Source of the DNA: a virus
Length of the DNA: 64,000 nucleotides
Virus record (IMG/VR): IMGVR_UViG_3300021090_000016
Coordinates: 3,552-67,551 of that record
Strand: one strand, 5' to 3'
Under the pieces are notes generated by a model. It made no database searches, was not told the DNA's origin, and was given only the letters and a program-made list of their open reading frames with translations. A program made the translations under genes and the position numbers. Of the stretch, positions 9,890 to 18,557 are shown piece by piece (the first letter of the stretch is position 1; the number at the start of each line of letters is the position of its first letter).

Positions 9890-10137
9890 CTTGTCTCCTC
9901 TGGTGTTGGCGATCGTGGTGACAGGGCATCTTGGTCCACGCGCAGGTTGTACCTCTTGGCATATTCCAACAGTGCGTCGAGGTAGATACGCCGGAATCTA
10001 GAGCCAGGGATACGAAACCCCGCAACCCCGCCCTCGTCAAAGAGACGGATGATTGTCTGGGCACTGACCCCCAACGCCTCGGCTGCCTGCCCGGTTGATA
10101 CCGTGGCATTGCCACGGGCCTCATTCTCTGTTCCCAT
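9886..10137 (-). CDS. Excisionase-type HTH DNA-binding protein
   Basis: 'STGQAAEALGVSAQTIIRLFDEG..GFRIPGSRFRRI' closely resembles the N-terminal HTH of a Planctomycete regulator family (from recall). Confidence 0.8.
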   Translation of the reverse strand: MGTENEARGNATVSTGQAAEALGVSAQTIIRLFDEGGVAGFRIPGSRFRRIYLDALLEYAKRYNLRVDQDALSPRSPTPEETR

Positions 10138-10439
10138 CAGTTTCTCCCGTTGTTATCCAGCGAGCGGCATACCTCGTCGTGCGCCTCTCTCGCCGTCTTC
10201 TTATCTGAGGACCATATGGGCTCCTCGTTCTTCTTGTCCTTTGCCAAATCGTCCATGATGATCTGGGTTATGAACAGCCCAGGTCGCTGCTCCATGGATG
10301 AGTAGCAACCAACCCAGCTAGTCTTCACCGTGGCAAAGCCGATCCGTGTTATGTCCACTAGGCCATAGCCTGGATCGCGGTACAACTGCTCCCAGCGTTG
10401 CTTGCAGATGTGCAGTCCATTGACATCGGAGTAGTTCAT
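10137..10439 (-). CDS. Hypothetical protein
   Basis: Tightly packed in the operon. Confidence 0.5.
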   Translation of the reverse strand: MNYSDVNGLHICKQRWEQLYRDPGYGLVDITRIGFATVKTSWVGCYSSMEQRPGLFITQIIMDDLAKDKKNEEPIWSSDKKTAREAHDEVCRSLDNNGRN

Positions 10440-10443
10440 CTGT

Positions 10444-10668
10444 CTACCCCCTTATAACCTCGACCTCGATTGGATCGCCCTCCGCCCCAGCCATCTGCTT
10501 TGCCAGGCGAGCAATCTCCTCGTCTTCCCATGACGCCACATTCTCATCGTGGGAAACACCGCTGACGCGGGCGCTCGCCTTGAGTCTCCAGAAGAACTCG
10601 ACTTCACCATCATCAGCGACGTGGGCACGAATATAGTTGAACTCTGACTTTCTAGACTTCTTCTTCAC
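10444..10668 (-). CDS. Hypothetical protein
   Basis: GTGA overlap with the DnaC-like gene. Confidence 0.45.
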   Translation of the reverse strand: MKKKSRKSEFNYIRAHVADDGEVEFFWRLKASARVSGVSHDENVASWEDEEIARLAKQMAGAEGDPIEVEVIRG

Positions 10669-11324
10669 TGGAGCCTCCGGTCCTTTCCTTCCAGGGTGAA
10701 TACCGTTCCTCGGGCAAGCCTGCTAAAGATTCGATCGTCGTAGGTTCGCGCCAGCTTGTCGGGTGACAGGTTGCTGATAGCGATGAACGGCTTCCGCTCC
10801 CTCTCGTCGATGCACTGCTTAACGGCATCGTAGTGGTGATCGCTTACGCTATCCCGGCATCCGATCTCATCCAGCACAACGAGCTTGGCGCTTGCAATCC
10901 ACTTCCACAACTTGTCAGGAAAGATCGTCTCGCCATGGCAAAGCTCGTAGCTGCGTTCGAGCCTCCCTTGCTGAGACTGGATCAGCAAGGCACACAGCCC
11001 CGACACGGTGTAGTACATGCCACCGCCCATCGTGTGGTCCAACAGGCACAGTGCCGCGCAGCTCTTGCCTGTCCCAACAGGACCATGAATGAATAGGGGC
11101 CACGGCTCCTCGCCCATCACCAGGGCACGGATTATTCTCCTAAGTATCGGATCGATCTGATCTACCGACCTTGCCATCATGGGCATGTGACATATCAACG
11201 GCTCCTTGTTCATCCGGAGCTTTGCCAGACCGTATGGACCTGGCTTCGACTCCTCGGATCTTGTCATCTGCCGTGCCGACTCGCACACTTGATCCCACAC
11301 CTTCCCCGGATCTAGGTCTTCCAT
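10665..11324 (-). CDS. DnaC/IstB-like ATPase (helicase loader); start uncertain
   Basis: Walker A 'GPVGTGKS', Walker B 'VVLDEIG', 'ISNL', 'DRIFSRL', 'GKDRR'. Confidence 0.85.
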   Translation of the reverse strand: MEDLDPGKVWDQVCESARQMTRSEESKPGPYGLAKLRMNKEPLICHMPMMARSVDQIDPILRRIIRALVMGEEPWPLFIHGPVGTGKSCAALCLLDHTMGGGMYYTVSGLCALLIQSQQGRLERSYELCHGETIFPDKLWKWIASAKLVVLDEIGCRDSVSDHHYDAVKQCIDERERKPFIAISNLSPDKLARTYDDRIFSRLARGTVFTLEGKDRRLQ

Positions 11325-12030
11325 CCGCCTTCTCCTCATAGAGTCCTGTCCAGCCCTGCTTGATGGAGTAATTGATCGCCGCAACCGCCCTCTCAACACC
11401 CATTTTCACCATGTCCTTGAACTGGCGCCTTGCTCCTTCCTCTGTGACAGAGTTGTGCTTCTGTTTCCTATGCCTGAGCCATGATGCCCATACCTCCCTA
11501 AAGGTTGGCACGTCCAGCTCGGGCGGTATCTGGAACTGTACTTCTTTCGTCTTTACCGAAGGTGGCATACTTGTGGCGCACAGTGCATCCTTTGTGTTCG
11601 GCTGTGTTGCACACGGTTGCACAGCACCGAACAGGTCTTTGCCTTGCGTCTCCAGCGGTTGCACTTGTGCAGGCTTCTGTTTCGCAACAGGCTCGGGCGC
11701 CTGCCTTTCACGTTCTCTCTGTTCTCTCATACGCATGCGATTCCTGACGTATGCCGGGGCATTGTCAACCAGATCGTGGGTCTGGTATGTACCGTCCCCA
11801 AGGTCGTCAATGAGATTGCAAGCGAGAAGGGCGGAGTGCAGTTCCCCATGCTCTCCAGGCCAGTGGCACGCCAGCTCCACATCGGTCTTGTCTCCCAGGT
11901 ACGGAGTTCCATTCTCATAGCCCACACTCCACATCATCTCCAGGTAGCCTAGCACATGCGGTGCAGGCTCCCGGAGGATGTGGCAGAGGCGCCTGAACTT
12001 GGGGTGCGTAAGGAATCCTGGACGGGCCAC
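11140..12030 (-). CDS. Phage replication initiator-like protein
   Basis: N-terminal 'HPKFRRL' wHTH-type region and C-terminal 'W..HRKQK...INYSIKQGWTGLY'; lies directly upstream of the DnaC-like gene. Confidence 0.7.
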   Translation of the reverse strand: MARPGFLTHPKFRRLCHILREPAPHVLGYLEMMWSVGYENGTPYLGDKTDVELACHWPGEHGELHSALLACNLIDDLGDGTYQTHDLVDNAPAYVRNRMRMREQRERERQAPEPVAKQKPAQVQPLETQGKDLFGAVQPCATQPNTKDALCATSMPPSVKTKEVQFQIPPELDVPTFREVWASWLRHRKQKHNSVTEEGARRQFKDMVKMGVERAVAAINYSIKQGWTGLYEEKADGRPRSGEGVGSSVRVGTADDKIRGVEARSIRSGKAPDEQGAVDMSHAHDGKVGRSDRSDT

Positions 12031-12240
12031 GGTGTCATCCCTTTATTACCACGACCTTGAACTTTGGCTCTGGGTTGCGCGGCACAGACCAGCGATTGAG
12101 GCGCGGGTGCCACCGATAGCCAAACTCATGCAGGATAATGAAGGTTTCCCGACTCGACCAGGGGCTCCCAACAGGAGCACAGTCCCTGTAGTCTATCGGT
12201 CGAGAAGGAATCCGCGCTGGAATGCGCAGGCGAATCGTTT

Positions 12241-12525
12241 TCATCTATCACCTCGCAGTTTCAGGCCACGCAGGAGGCGCAGCGGCCGCCCCTCGTCTAC
12301 CCGATTCGTAGCCTGCTTACGTGCCGCCCTAGGCAAACGCATGGGGTTTACGGCATTCCTGCCCCACCAATGTTCGACATCCTGCCACCCATAGAGCCAA
12401 TGCTTGTGCTCGCTCGCATCTGCTTTGTATGGGTTCTTGTCGGTGTATATGCCAGCAATCCTTGCATCGCACCCCAAGTTAAAGGCTCTTGCATGAGCCT
12501 CTCTCTTCTTGTCTGCATCACTCAT
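12241..12525 (-). CDS. Rmf-like (ribosome modulation factor fold) protein
   Basis: 'AFNLGCDAR.AG....NPY......HWLYGW' matches the Rmf pattern. Confidence 0.55.
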   Translation of the reverse strand: MSDADKKREAHARAFNLGCDARIAGIYTDKNPYKADASEHKHWLYGWQDVEHWWGRNAVNPMRLPRAARKQATNRVDEGRPLRLLRGLKLRGDR

Positions 12526-13405
12526 CTTCTACTCCTGGTTCACGTTGCTGTGCTCCATTGCCCGCTGTCGTTGGCGGGGGTGACTTCATCAAGCCAGTCA
12601 GGTAGTCGATGCACTTCTGAAGGTCAGTCTGCGTGAAGTCCTCCCACGACTCAGCCTTTGCCTTCGCCATCCACTTTGCCACCATCCCATCTTGCATCTT
12701 GACCACAGAGATCAAGCGTTGAATCTCAATGACCTGGGGAGTAGTTGCCATTGGGACCGCATGCCGCTCGTCGTTCAGTGAGTAGCCATGGATCTTGGCG
12801 AATGCCTCGATGCTGAGAGGGAACGTCGATGGCACCTTGCCCCTTGGATCGTCTGGGTCACGGCGCCATTTGTGGACCTTGCACTTCATGGGATAGCGAA
12901 ACGTACCGTCGTTGTGCGCGTGCAACACGATATGGAAGTCACCCTCGATCTTCTTTGCGGCATCAGCCTGCTCTCCCACGACCTTCTCCTCCTCCCACTT
13001 TCCCTTCAGGTGGCTGGTGCAGATCAGATGGAAGTCCCCCCACCGCACAAGTTCTCGGACCTTGCGCCACTCCTTAGCCGCCTTGTCACCAGCCGAGCCG
13101 AAATCCTTGACCATCCTTGGATTATGCCGAAGCACTGATTCCTGGTGTAGCGTGGAGAGGTGATCGATTGATAGCTTGTTGAAGTTCTTGAGCTGGTTCT
13201 GTCTCTGGCTCAGAACATCAATCACGTCGATGTAGCTGCCAACCTCAATACGCTCAGAGTTGTTGGCCTTGATCCTGGCATCTGCGTAGGCCAAGCCTCC
13301 ACCAATGTCTGTGTCGAAGATGAGAGCATTCTGGAGGTTGGCTACAAAGAAGCTCTTGCCGCTGCCGCTCTCTCCTGCGATGAGCAGAATCACTCGCTCC
13401 TTCAT
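12518..13405 (-). CDS. AAA_24 / Sak4-like ATPase (recombination)
   Basis: 'IAGESGSGKS', 'IFDTDIG', 'SIDHLS', 'ICTSH'. Confidence 0.75.
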   Translation of the reverse strand: MKERVILLIAGESGSGKSFFVANLQNALIFDTDIGGGLAYADARIKANNSERIEVGSYIDVIDVLSQRQNQLKNFNKLSIDHLSTLHQESVLRHNPRMVKDFGSAGDKAAKEWRKVRELVRWGDFHLICTSHLKGKWEEEKVVGEQADAAKKIEGDFHIVLHAHNDGTFRYPMKCKVHKWRRDPDDPRGKVPSTFPLSIEAFAKIHGYSLNDERHAVPMATTPQVIEIQRLISVVKMQDGMVAKWMAKAKAESWEDFTQTDLQKCIDYLTGLMKSPPPTTAGNGAQQREPGVEDE

Positions 13406-13623
13406 TACGCCACTCCCCTATTATCCAAGGTGATGGTCATGAGCAGAACGCCGCGAGCCGACCAGACCTCATACACACCAGGACCGTGCTGGTGCGCACT
13501 AATCACGGCGTCACGGATGCTGGTGCAGCCGCCTTTCATGATGTAGGTTTCTCCGACCCGATGCCACACGTCTAACACTTTCTCGGGCGCTGGCGATGGA
13601 TAGGTGCAGGGCCTGTCGCTCAT
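13405..13623 (-). CDS. Hypothetical protein
   Basis: AGGAG RBS; TAATG overlap with the ATPase gene. Confidence 0.5.
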   Translation of the reverse strand: MSDRPCTYPSPAPEKVLDVWHRVGETYIMKGGCTSIRDAVISAHQHGPGVYEVWSARGVLLMTITLDNRGVA

Positions 13624-13722
13624 CTGATGCTCCTGAATAAGAGATGGTGATAAGGAGAGCGTGACATAGCGTGCTGAGCTGGCGCCATTTTGCCAGCCGA
13701 CGCTTACTCCGCGCTCTCCAGA

Positions 13723-13790
13723 TGGCGACCGGCAGGAATCGAACCTGCCTCGGTTGGGTTATGAGCCCGCCCAGGCACCAGTCCGCCGCC
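13723..13790 (-). tRNA. tRNA-Met(CAT)-like gene lacking a D-stem
   Basis: Minus strand reads GGCGGCGG-ACTGGTGCCT-GGGCGGG-CTCATAA-CCCAACC-GAG-GCAGG-TTCGATT-CCTGC-CGGTCGCCA. Confidence 0.6.
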
Positions 13791-14002
13791 AGCGGGTGCT
13801 AATCGCTCCCTAAGCACGAAATAGCCCGCACCGTTGCATGCCTGGCTGCGCTGTACACACGCAGGGTGCGTAACCTCACCCCGGCCCACCAGGCATTGCC
13901 ATTTATCAACTTCAGAGGCTGGCTTGCTCAAGGCCCATTACCACGTCCGGCCCTAAGTGAATTTGGCATCGGTACGCAAGCCCCCAAAGTGGTTCGCCAA
14001 GT

Positions 14003-14332
14003 GGCGCGGCAGTCTGCCATTTCTCAGCTTCACTGCCCGACGCCATCGCATAACGAGCAGACGAGCCCCGGATCTATACCGCCACCTGAGCCACCACACT
14101 TGGGGCACTCAAGAACTCTCACTGCTGGCTCCGATGCGAGCCAGCGATCCAGGAGCACTTTTGCCTCTGCTCGCGTTAAGCCGGAGAAGGTCACTTCTTC
14201 GGTGCCAGGCCAGCTGTTAATCTCGACACGGAAGACATGCAGATTCTTCCGCCGCAGTTCAGCCGTCATGGCAGAGTTCAACGACGCATCAAACATTTAG
14301 CCCCTCCAATCAAAAGGCGCGGCAGTCTGCCA
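14003..14332. repeat. 17-bp direct repeat GGCGCGGCAGTCTGCCA (14003-14019 and 14316-14332)
   Basis: Exact copies seen, flanking ORF 14030-14296. Confidence 0.85.
14030..14296 (-). CDS. Small protein with DnaJ-type CxxCxGxG zinc finger
   Basis: 'CPKCGGSGG...CSLCDGVG'; GGAGG RBS. Confidence 0.6.
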   Translation of the reverse strand: MFDASLNSAMTAELRRKNLHVFRVEINSWPGTEEVTFSGLTRAEAKVLLDRWLASEPAVRVLECPKCGGSGGGIDPGLVCSLCDGVGQ

Positions 14333-14600
14333 GCGCCTGTTCGATCTCTCGCTTTCGTCGCTCAGGACCAGAGACGTTCGCACTGACCACAGCCTCAGCC
14401 GGCTCACCGCGCAGCCTGAGAACCTCGCTATGTGTCAGAAACCAACTGTCTCTTTTCTGACCATGCCGGCAGATTGCCTGGAGCAGCCCGACCTTTCTCC
14501 ACCGATGGAGCGTGTCCACGCTGACCGTGCCGCCACGCTCAGAGGGGATGAGCTTTGCAGCTTCAGAGAAGGAGTAGAGCTGTTCCAGTGGCTCAGGCAT
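14310..14600 (-). CDS. Excisionase-like HTH protein
   Basis: 'LYSFSEAAKLI...VSVDTLHRWRKVGLL'; GGAGG RBS; close to the integrase. Confidence 0.7.
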   Translation of the reverse strand: MPEPLEQLYSFSEAAKLIPSERGGTVSVDTLHRWRKVGLLQAICRHGQKRDSWFLTHSEVLRLRGEPAEAVVSANVSGPERRKREIEQALADCRAF

Positions 14601-14823
14601 GACTTGCACCCCTCCGCTTTGGCTTCATTGGCTTCGGCGGATCGGCGATGGCGCGAACAATCAGACAGTACACCGACGACCAGCCCCACGCGCCAATGTC
14701 CTCTCCATCCTCCATCTGGAGCACTAGGCTATGCGCCCGTTCTCCTAAGCCGCCAGTAAACAAGGCATCGGTGATTTTCTTTGCCAGTTGATTCTTTGTC
14801 ACGACACTCTCCAAAGCGCCCAT
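14593..14823 (-). CDS. Hypothetical protein, first gene after the leftward promoter
   Basis: ATG at 14823 lies just downstream of the -10 box. Confidence 0.45.
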   Translation of the reverse strand: MGALESVVTKNQLAKKITDALFTGGLGERAHSLVLQMEDGEDIGAWGWSSVYCLIVRAIADPPKPMKPKRRGASHA

Positions 14824-14839
14824 TCTTGTCACTTGTTTC

Positions 14840-14868
14840 ATTCTACGCATTCAGGATTCTTGTGTCAA
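14840..14868 (-). promoter_or_regulatory. Sigma70-type promoter (leftward)
   Basis: TTGACA-17 nt-TAGAAT on the minus strand. Confidence 0.85.
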
Positions 14869-14906
14869 GGTACAGAAAAACTTATCTCACGAATCCGCAG
14901 AATCTG

Positions 14907-14935
14907 TTGACTGCGCAGAATGCGTAGACTAGAAT
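14907..14935 (+). promoter_or_regulatory. Sigma70-type promoter (rightward, repressor gene)
   Basis: TTGACT-17 nt-TAGAAT. Confidence 0.85.
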
Positions 14936-14997
14936 GAGCAGCTGGAAAGCCATTGTGGCTTGCCACACATACCCGTACCTGTGTTGAGGAGATTGCT

Positions 14998-15222
14998 ATG
15001 GGACGACGCAAGAAGATCGACGGATCGCCAGAAGCCGTTGAATCCGCGAGGGAGCAGACAATCCGTGTCGATGCGAGCCTTGCCCGCATGGCACATGCGA
15101 TCATCGCTATCAAGGGTGGTAGCGTGTCGAAGCTGCTCAGTCCAGTCATCCGACCGTTCATTCTGCGCACCTACGCAGAAGTGATCCAGTCGGCTGCGGA
15201 TGAGCTTCAGAAGGGGAGTTAG
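14998..15222 (+). CDS. Small putative repressor (ribbon-helix-helix-like)
   Basis: The only clear + strand gene in the early region, with its own promoter and a GAGGAG RBS; 'TIRVDASLARMAHAIIAIKGGSVSKLL' beta-helix-helix pattern. Confidence 0.6.
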   Translation: MGRRKKIDGSPEAVESAREQTIRVDASLARMAHAIIAIKGGSVSKLLSPVIRPFILRTYAEVIQSAADELQKGS

Positions 15223-15225
15223 AGT

Positions 15226-16365
15226 CTACCCGAACTTCGCCACGATCTTCGCAGCTCGTTGCAAGGCCCCGTGAGCGTAGACTCGGATGACGCTCGGGTC
15301 GTTGTGCCCGAGGACAAGACTGGCCTGCTCCCAGGCTCGCTCGTTGTCAAGCTCGATCATCGTGGCTACGGCGTGGCGCAACTGGTATGGTGTCCAGTGC
15401 GCCACGCCAGCCCTCTTGCAGCCCCGCGCAACAGCATGATCGTAGCTGTCCACGCGGTAGTAGTTGCCAGCCCTGGCAAGGTTGCGGGCTGCTGCCTTTG
15501 GGGAGAAGCAGAAGTCCTTGTGCCCAGCCGCCTTGAGTAGAAACGCCCGATCCAGAAACGGCTTGAGCATCTCCTGGCAGCGTGGTCCGATCGGTATTCT
15601 CCTGTTCAGACCACGCCATGCGGTCTTGTGCTCAGCCGGAGAGTAGACCCACACCGGAACGCCATCCACGATGAATGCAAGCATGTCGATTTCATCAGGC
15701 TGTAACAATGTCGCCTCTTCAGGTCGGCATCCAGTCCAACGCTGGAACTGGACCAGCCCCTTGACAGGCTCCGGCAGGAATGGCAGCGTCTTCTCCACGA
15801 TGTCATCGGGTACGTTCATGCGAGGTTCTGGGTCGTGTGCCGCCGTCTTTCCTTTCCTCAAGCCAGGCACCGTCCGCAGCCGGTCATACGCCTGGAATGG
15901 GATCAGCTCCTTCCTGGCGCCCCACTTAAAGCACTGACGGATGAAGCTGATCGCCCGGTTGATGTACCGTCTGCTCCACCCAAGCTTGACCATGCTGGTC
16001 TGCACTGCTTCGAGGGCCACTGGCCCGAACTCAGAAACTGTGGCGGTGCCGTACAGATCCAGGAGTGGACCAATCGCCAGCCTGATGCGGGCGTACTGCT
16101 TGGCTGTGTGGTATCCCTTGGCTTCTAGCTTGTAGGACCGGATCAGCTCCGACACCCCCATCCCAGCACCAACGCTGGGCAGCGGCGCCCCACTGCCTGC
16201 CTCCAGCTCGGCGACGACTCGCAGGTAGTTCTGCCTGGCCTCCGGCGTCCCGCTTCTCCCCAGCCATATGTCCTGGCACCTTCCACTTGGAAGGAAGATG
16301 CGGATTCGATCCTGTCCCGATGGATGGCTGTAGACACTGGGTGGCCAGACTTTCTTGCGCGGCAT
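15226..16365 (-). CDS. int: Tyrosine recombinase / phage integrase
   Basis: 'TGCRPEE' (R), 'HKT' (K), 'YQLRH' (HxxR-like), 'LGH' and 'RVYA' (Y) catalytic motifs. Confidence 0.95.
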   Translation of the reverse strand: MPRKKVWPPSVYSHPSGQDRIRIFLPSGRCQDIWLGRSGTPEARQNYLRVVAELEAGSGAPLPSVGAGMGVSELIRSYKLEAKGYHTAKQYARIRLAIGPLLDLYGTATVSEFGPVALEAVQTSMVKLGWSRRYINRAISFIRQCFKWGARKELIPFQAYDRLRTVPGLRKGKTAAHDPEPRMNVPDDIVEKTLPFLPEPVKGLVQFQRWTGCRPEEATLLQPDEIDMLAFIVDGVPVWVYSPAEHKTAWRGLNRRIPIGPRCQEMLKPFLDRAFLLKAAGHKDFCFSPKAAARNLARAGNYYRVDSYDHAVARGCKRAGVAHWTPYQLRHAVATMIELDNERAWEQASLVLGHNDPSVIRVYAHGALQRAAKIVAKFG

Positions 16366-16382
16366 CGACGTTACCTCGAAAG

Positions 16383-16688
16383 TTAGGCGCAAAGATCGCA
16401 GGCTGTGGCAGGGTCGAGGCCACCACCAGACCCGCCACATTTGGGACAGGAAAGCTTGATGACGTTCTCGCCGAAGATTGGGCCACAGTTGGCATCCCAG
16501 AAATCGACGGCTCTCAGGATCGTTCCGTCAGGCCGCGACCATTCCGTAATCACTCGGAACAGTGAACCGACCTTCTCCACCAGCTTGCAGGCACCAAATG
16601 GGTCTCGACACATGCCGCGATAATAGGACTGTGCACCCAGCGGCAGATCGAACCACGTCCCGCCATAGGTAAGATTATTCATCGCCAT
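16383..16688 (-). CDS. Small protein with C-terminal CPKCGGSGGG zinc-finger motif
   Basis: Same motif as ORF 14030-14296. Confidence 0.5.
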   Translation of the reverse strand: MAMNNLTYGGTWFDLPLGAQSYYRGMCRDPFGACKLVEKVGSLFRVITEWSRPDGTILRAVDFWDANCGPIFGENVIKLSCPKCGGSGGGLDPATACDLCA

Positions 16689-17103
16689 CTCTTCTGTACG
16701 AAAGTACATCAAAGTGCGTGATCTCAGGCGGCGTCCGAAGACGCCGCGACTGGACTTTGGGCGGTCAGCGAGTTTGCGCGGCATCAGCTAGGCTCCGGTT
16801 TGGTGAGGTCTGGTTGGTTGTCAGCAAGGAACTGGGCAGCTCTGTCGATCGCTATCTGGCAGCTTGCACGGTAGCATGGCCGATCTGCCCCCAGGTGGAT
16901 AATTTCCAGCAAATCCAGGAGAATGGTGGTAATTTCGGACCTTTTCAGCCCACATGTTGGGCACTTCACGTTGAAGGTGTCCATCGACTGTCCTTTCTCA
17001 AGAGAAGTGGGTGGCGCGCACCACACTATTCGCGCCGTTCAGTTGATACCTGGCAACGTGCCAGGATGAGGGAAGTGCTTCTACAGTAGGGAGTTGGGGA
17101 GAA

Positions 17104-17145
17104 TACGCCTGGAGGGATTCGAACCCCCAACCTACGGCTCCGTAG
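17104..17145 (-). other. Putative attP core: 3' half of tRNA-Arg(ACG)
   Basis: Minus strand CT-ACG-GA-GCCGT-AGGTT-GGGGG-TTCGAAT-CCCTC-CAGGCGT-A with no matching 5' half; about 740 bp upstream of int. Confidence 0.8.
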
Positions 17146-17540
17146 AACGCTGTCCAGTCAGCATCTCTCATAACGCAACCATATACTGAAAGCGATGTTA
17201 CCATGTCGTAGACCGATTACAAGAGGATCGTGGAATACCTCGACATGGATGCAAAACACTGCGAATAACAGTGGTGTCTCACCCAATAGGGGTAGAGTGG
17301 GTGCGCTCCGTCCGTGGAGCCCAGCACAGGAGATCATGGTCAGTTCGCCGAGGCCAGTCTACGGGCCGGCTACTCCAGTCCCGCTGCTTCGAGCGCCTCT
17401 TGCCGCGTGCGGCCCTTGCCGTGGGTCGTATTGCCGGACACGCTGCCGTCGATGATGTATTGCCAGCCGCCGCCAGGGGCCGGCTCGCAGGTCTCGATCA
17501 CGTCCCAGCAGCCGGACTCATAGCGCTTGACATACGGAGT

Positions 17541-17858
17541 CATCGTCGTCTCCTCGCGTTCGTTCTTCATCATCGTCTCCCTGGTTAGGTTCCCGGCGGC
17601 GTGAGCCGCCACTCGTCACTGGTCATCTGCGATACGCTCAGCCGCAGTCTGGTACATTTCTCGCCGGATGCTTTCCGCGTCTTCGCAGCCCCATCTATCG
17701 CGGCTCACCTCCCACTGCTCCAGCGAGCATCCATATAGCTCCTGTACCCACTGTGTCACCTGCGCTCGCGTCGCGCCCTGCCATGGGCAATGGTACGGGC
17801 ACAGCTCCCAGGTCGTCTCAGCCATCGTCGTCTCCCTCGCGTTAGGTTCCCGGCGGCG
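17541..17858 (-). repeat. Repeated gene-leader sequence (minus strand: CGCCGCCGGGAACCTAAC...GGAGACGACGATG)
   Basis: 18-bp identical copies at 17584-17601 and 17841-17858; RBS/ATG part at 17541-17560 and 17823-17843. Confidence 0.8.
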
Positions 17859-18076
17859 GGGGCAGCTCGCTTTCTGGCTTGAACCTGATGTCAAGCGTTC
17901 CATGCACCACCAACCGTCTCAGCTCAGCCCGCAGGCGCAGGACCTCGGCAATCAGGCGCGGCACGTACTGTATGTACGTGTTCAGCGTCATCTTGTGTCC
18001 AACGGCGAGGGCGTCAGCCAGCTCTCGCAGCTCGGCATCCGTCGTCAGCATCAGCTGTTGTGGGTCGCTCATTTCT

Positions 18077-18557
18077 CTATCCTTTCTTCGTGCTTGCCTC
18101 GATCCTCAGTCGCCGGTACGGAATGGTCCACCACAGATCCATGTCCTTGATCTCAGCCCGGTGGACCCAGAAGAACTGGATGGCTACGATCACCGCCCAC
18201 GCAGCGGCGTAGTCCATCTTGCCCAGCTTGCGAGCCAGCCCTTCCACCCGATCGCTTGCGTTCTCGTTGAACCAGCGCCCGCACGTCGGGTCCATAGAGT
18301 TGCGTGCTTCCAGGGATTCAGCCAGCGCCTTGCCTGGGCTCTCGATGTCAGGGGTAATCTCGATGCCACGAAGGGCATCGGCAAGGCACCACCATTCCGG
18401 GCCATCCAGCGCCCCCGCCAGCTCTACCGTCTGCCGGGCGATGAGCTGCGCCCAGCAGCGGATTGCCTGGTTGAACCGGGTACTTGAGAATCCGCACAAG
18501 ATGGTGGACGCAGGTTCACCTGGGTACACTGAGGTCTGCTTGTCACGCTGCCCCATC
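18077..18557 (-). CDS. Hypothetical protein (start approximate)
   Basis: GAGGAGG RBS before MGQRDKQ. Confidence 0.5.

Noticed and set aside
17104-17180. Complete tRNA-Arg gene
   Set aside because: The 5' acceptor strand and the 5' anticodon-stem strand do not pair, so it is better explained as attP.
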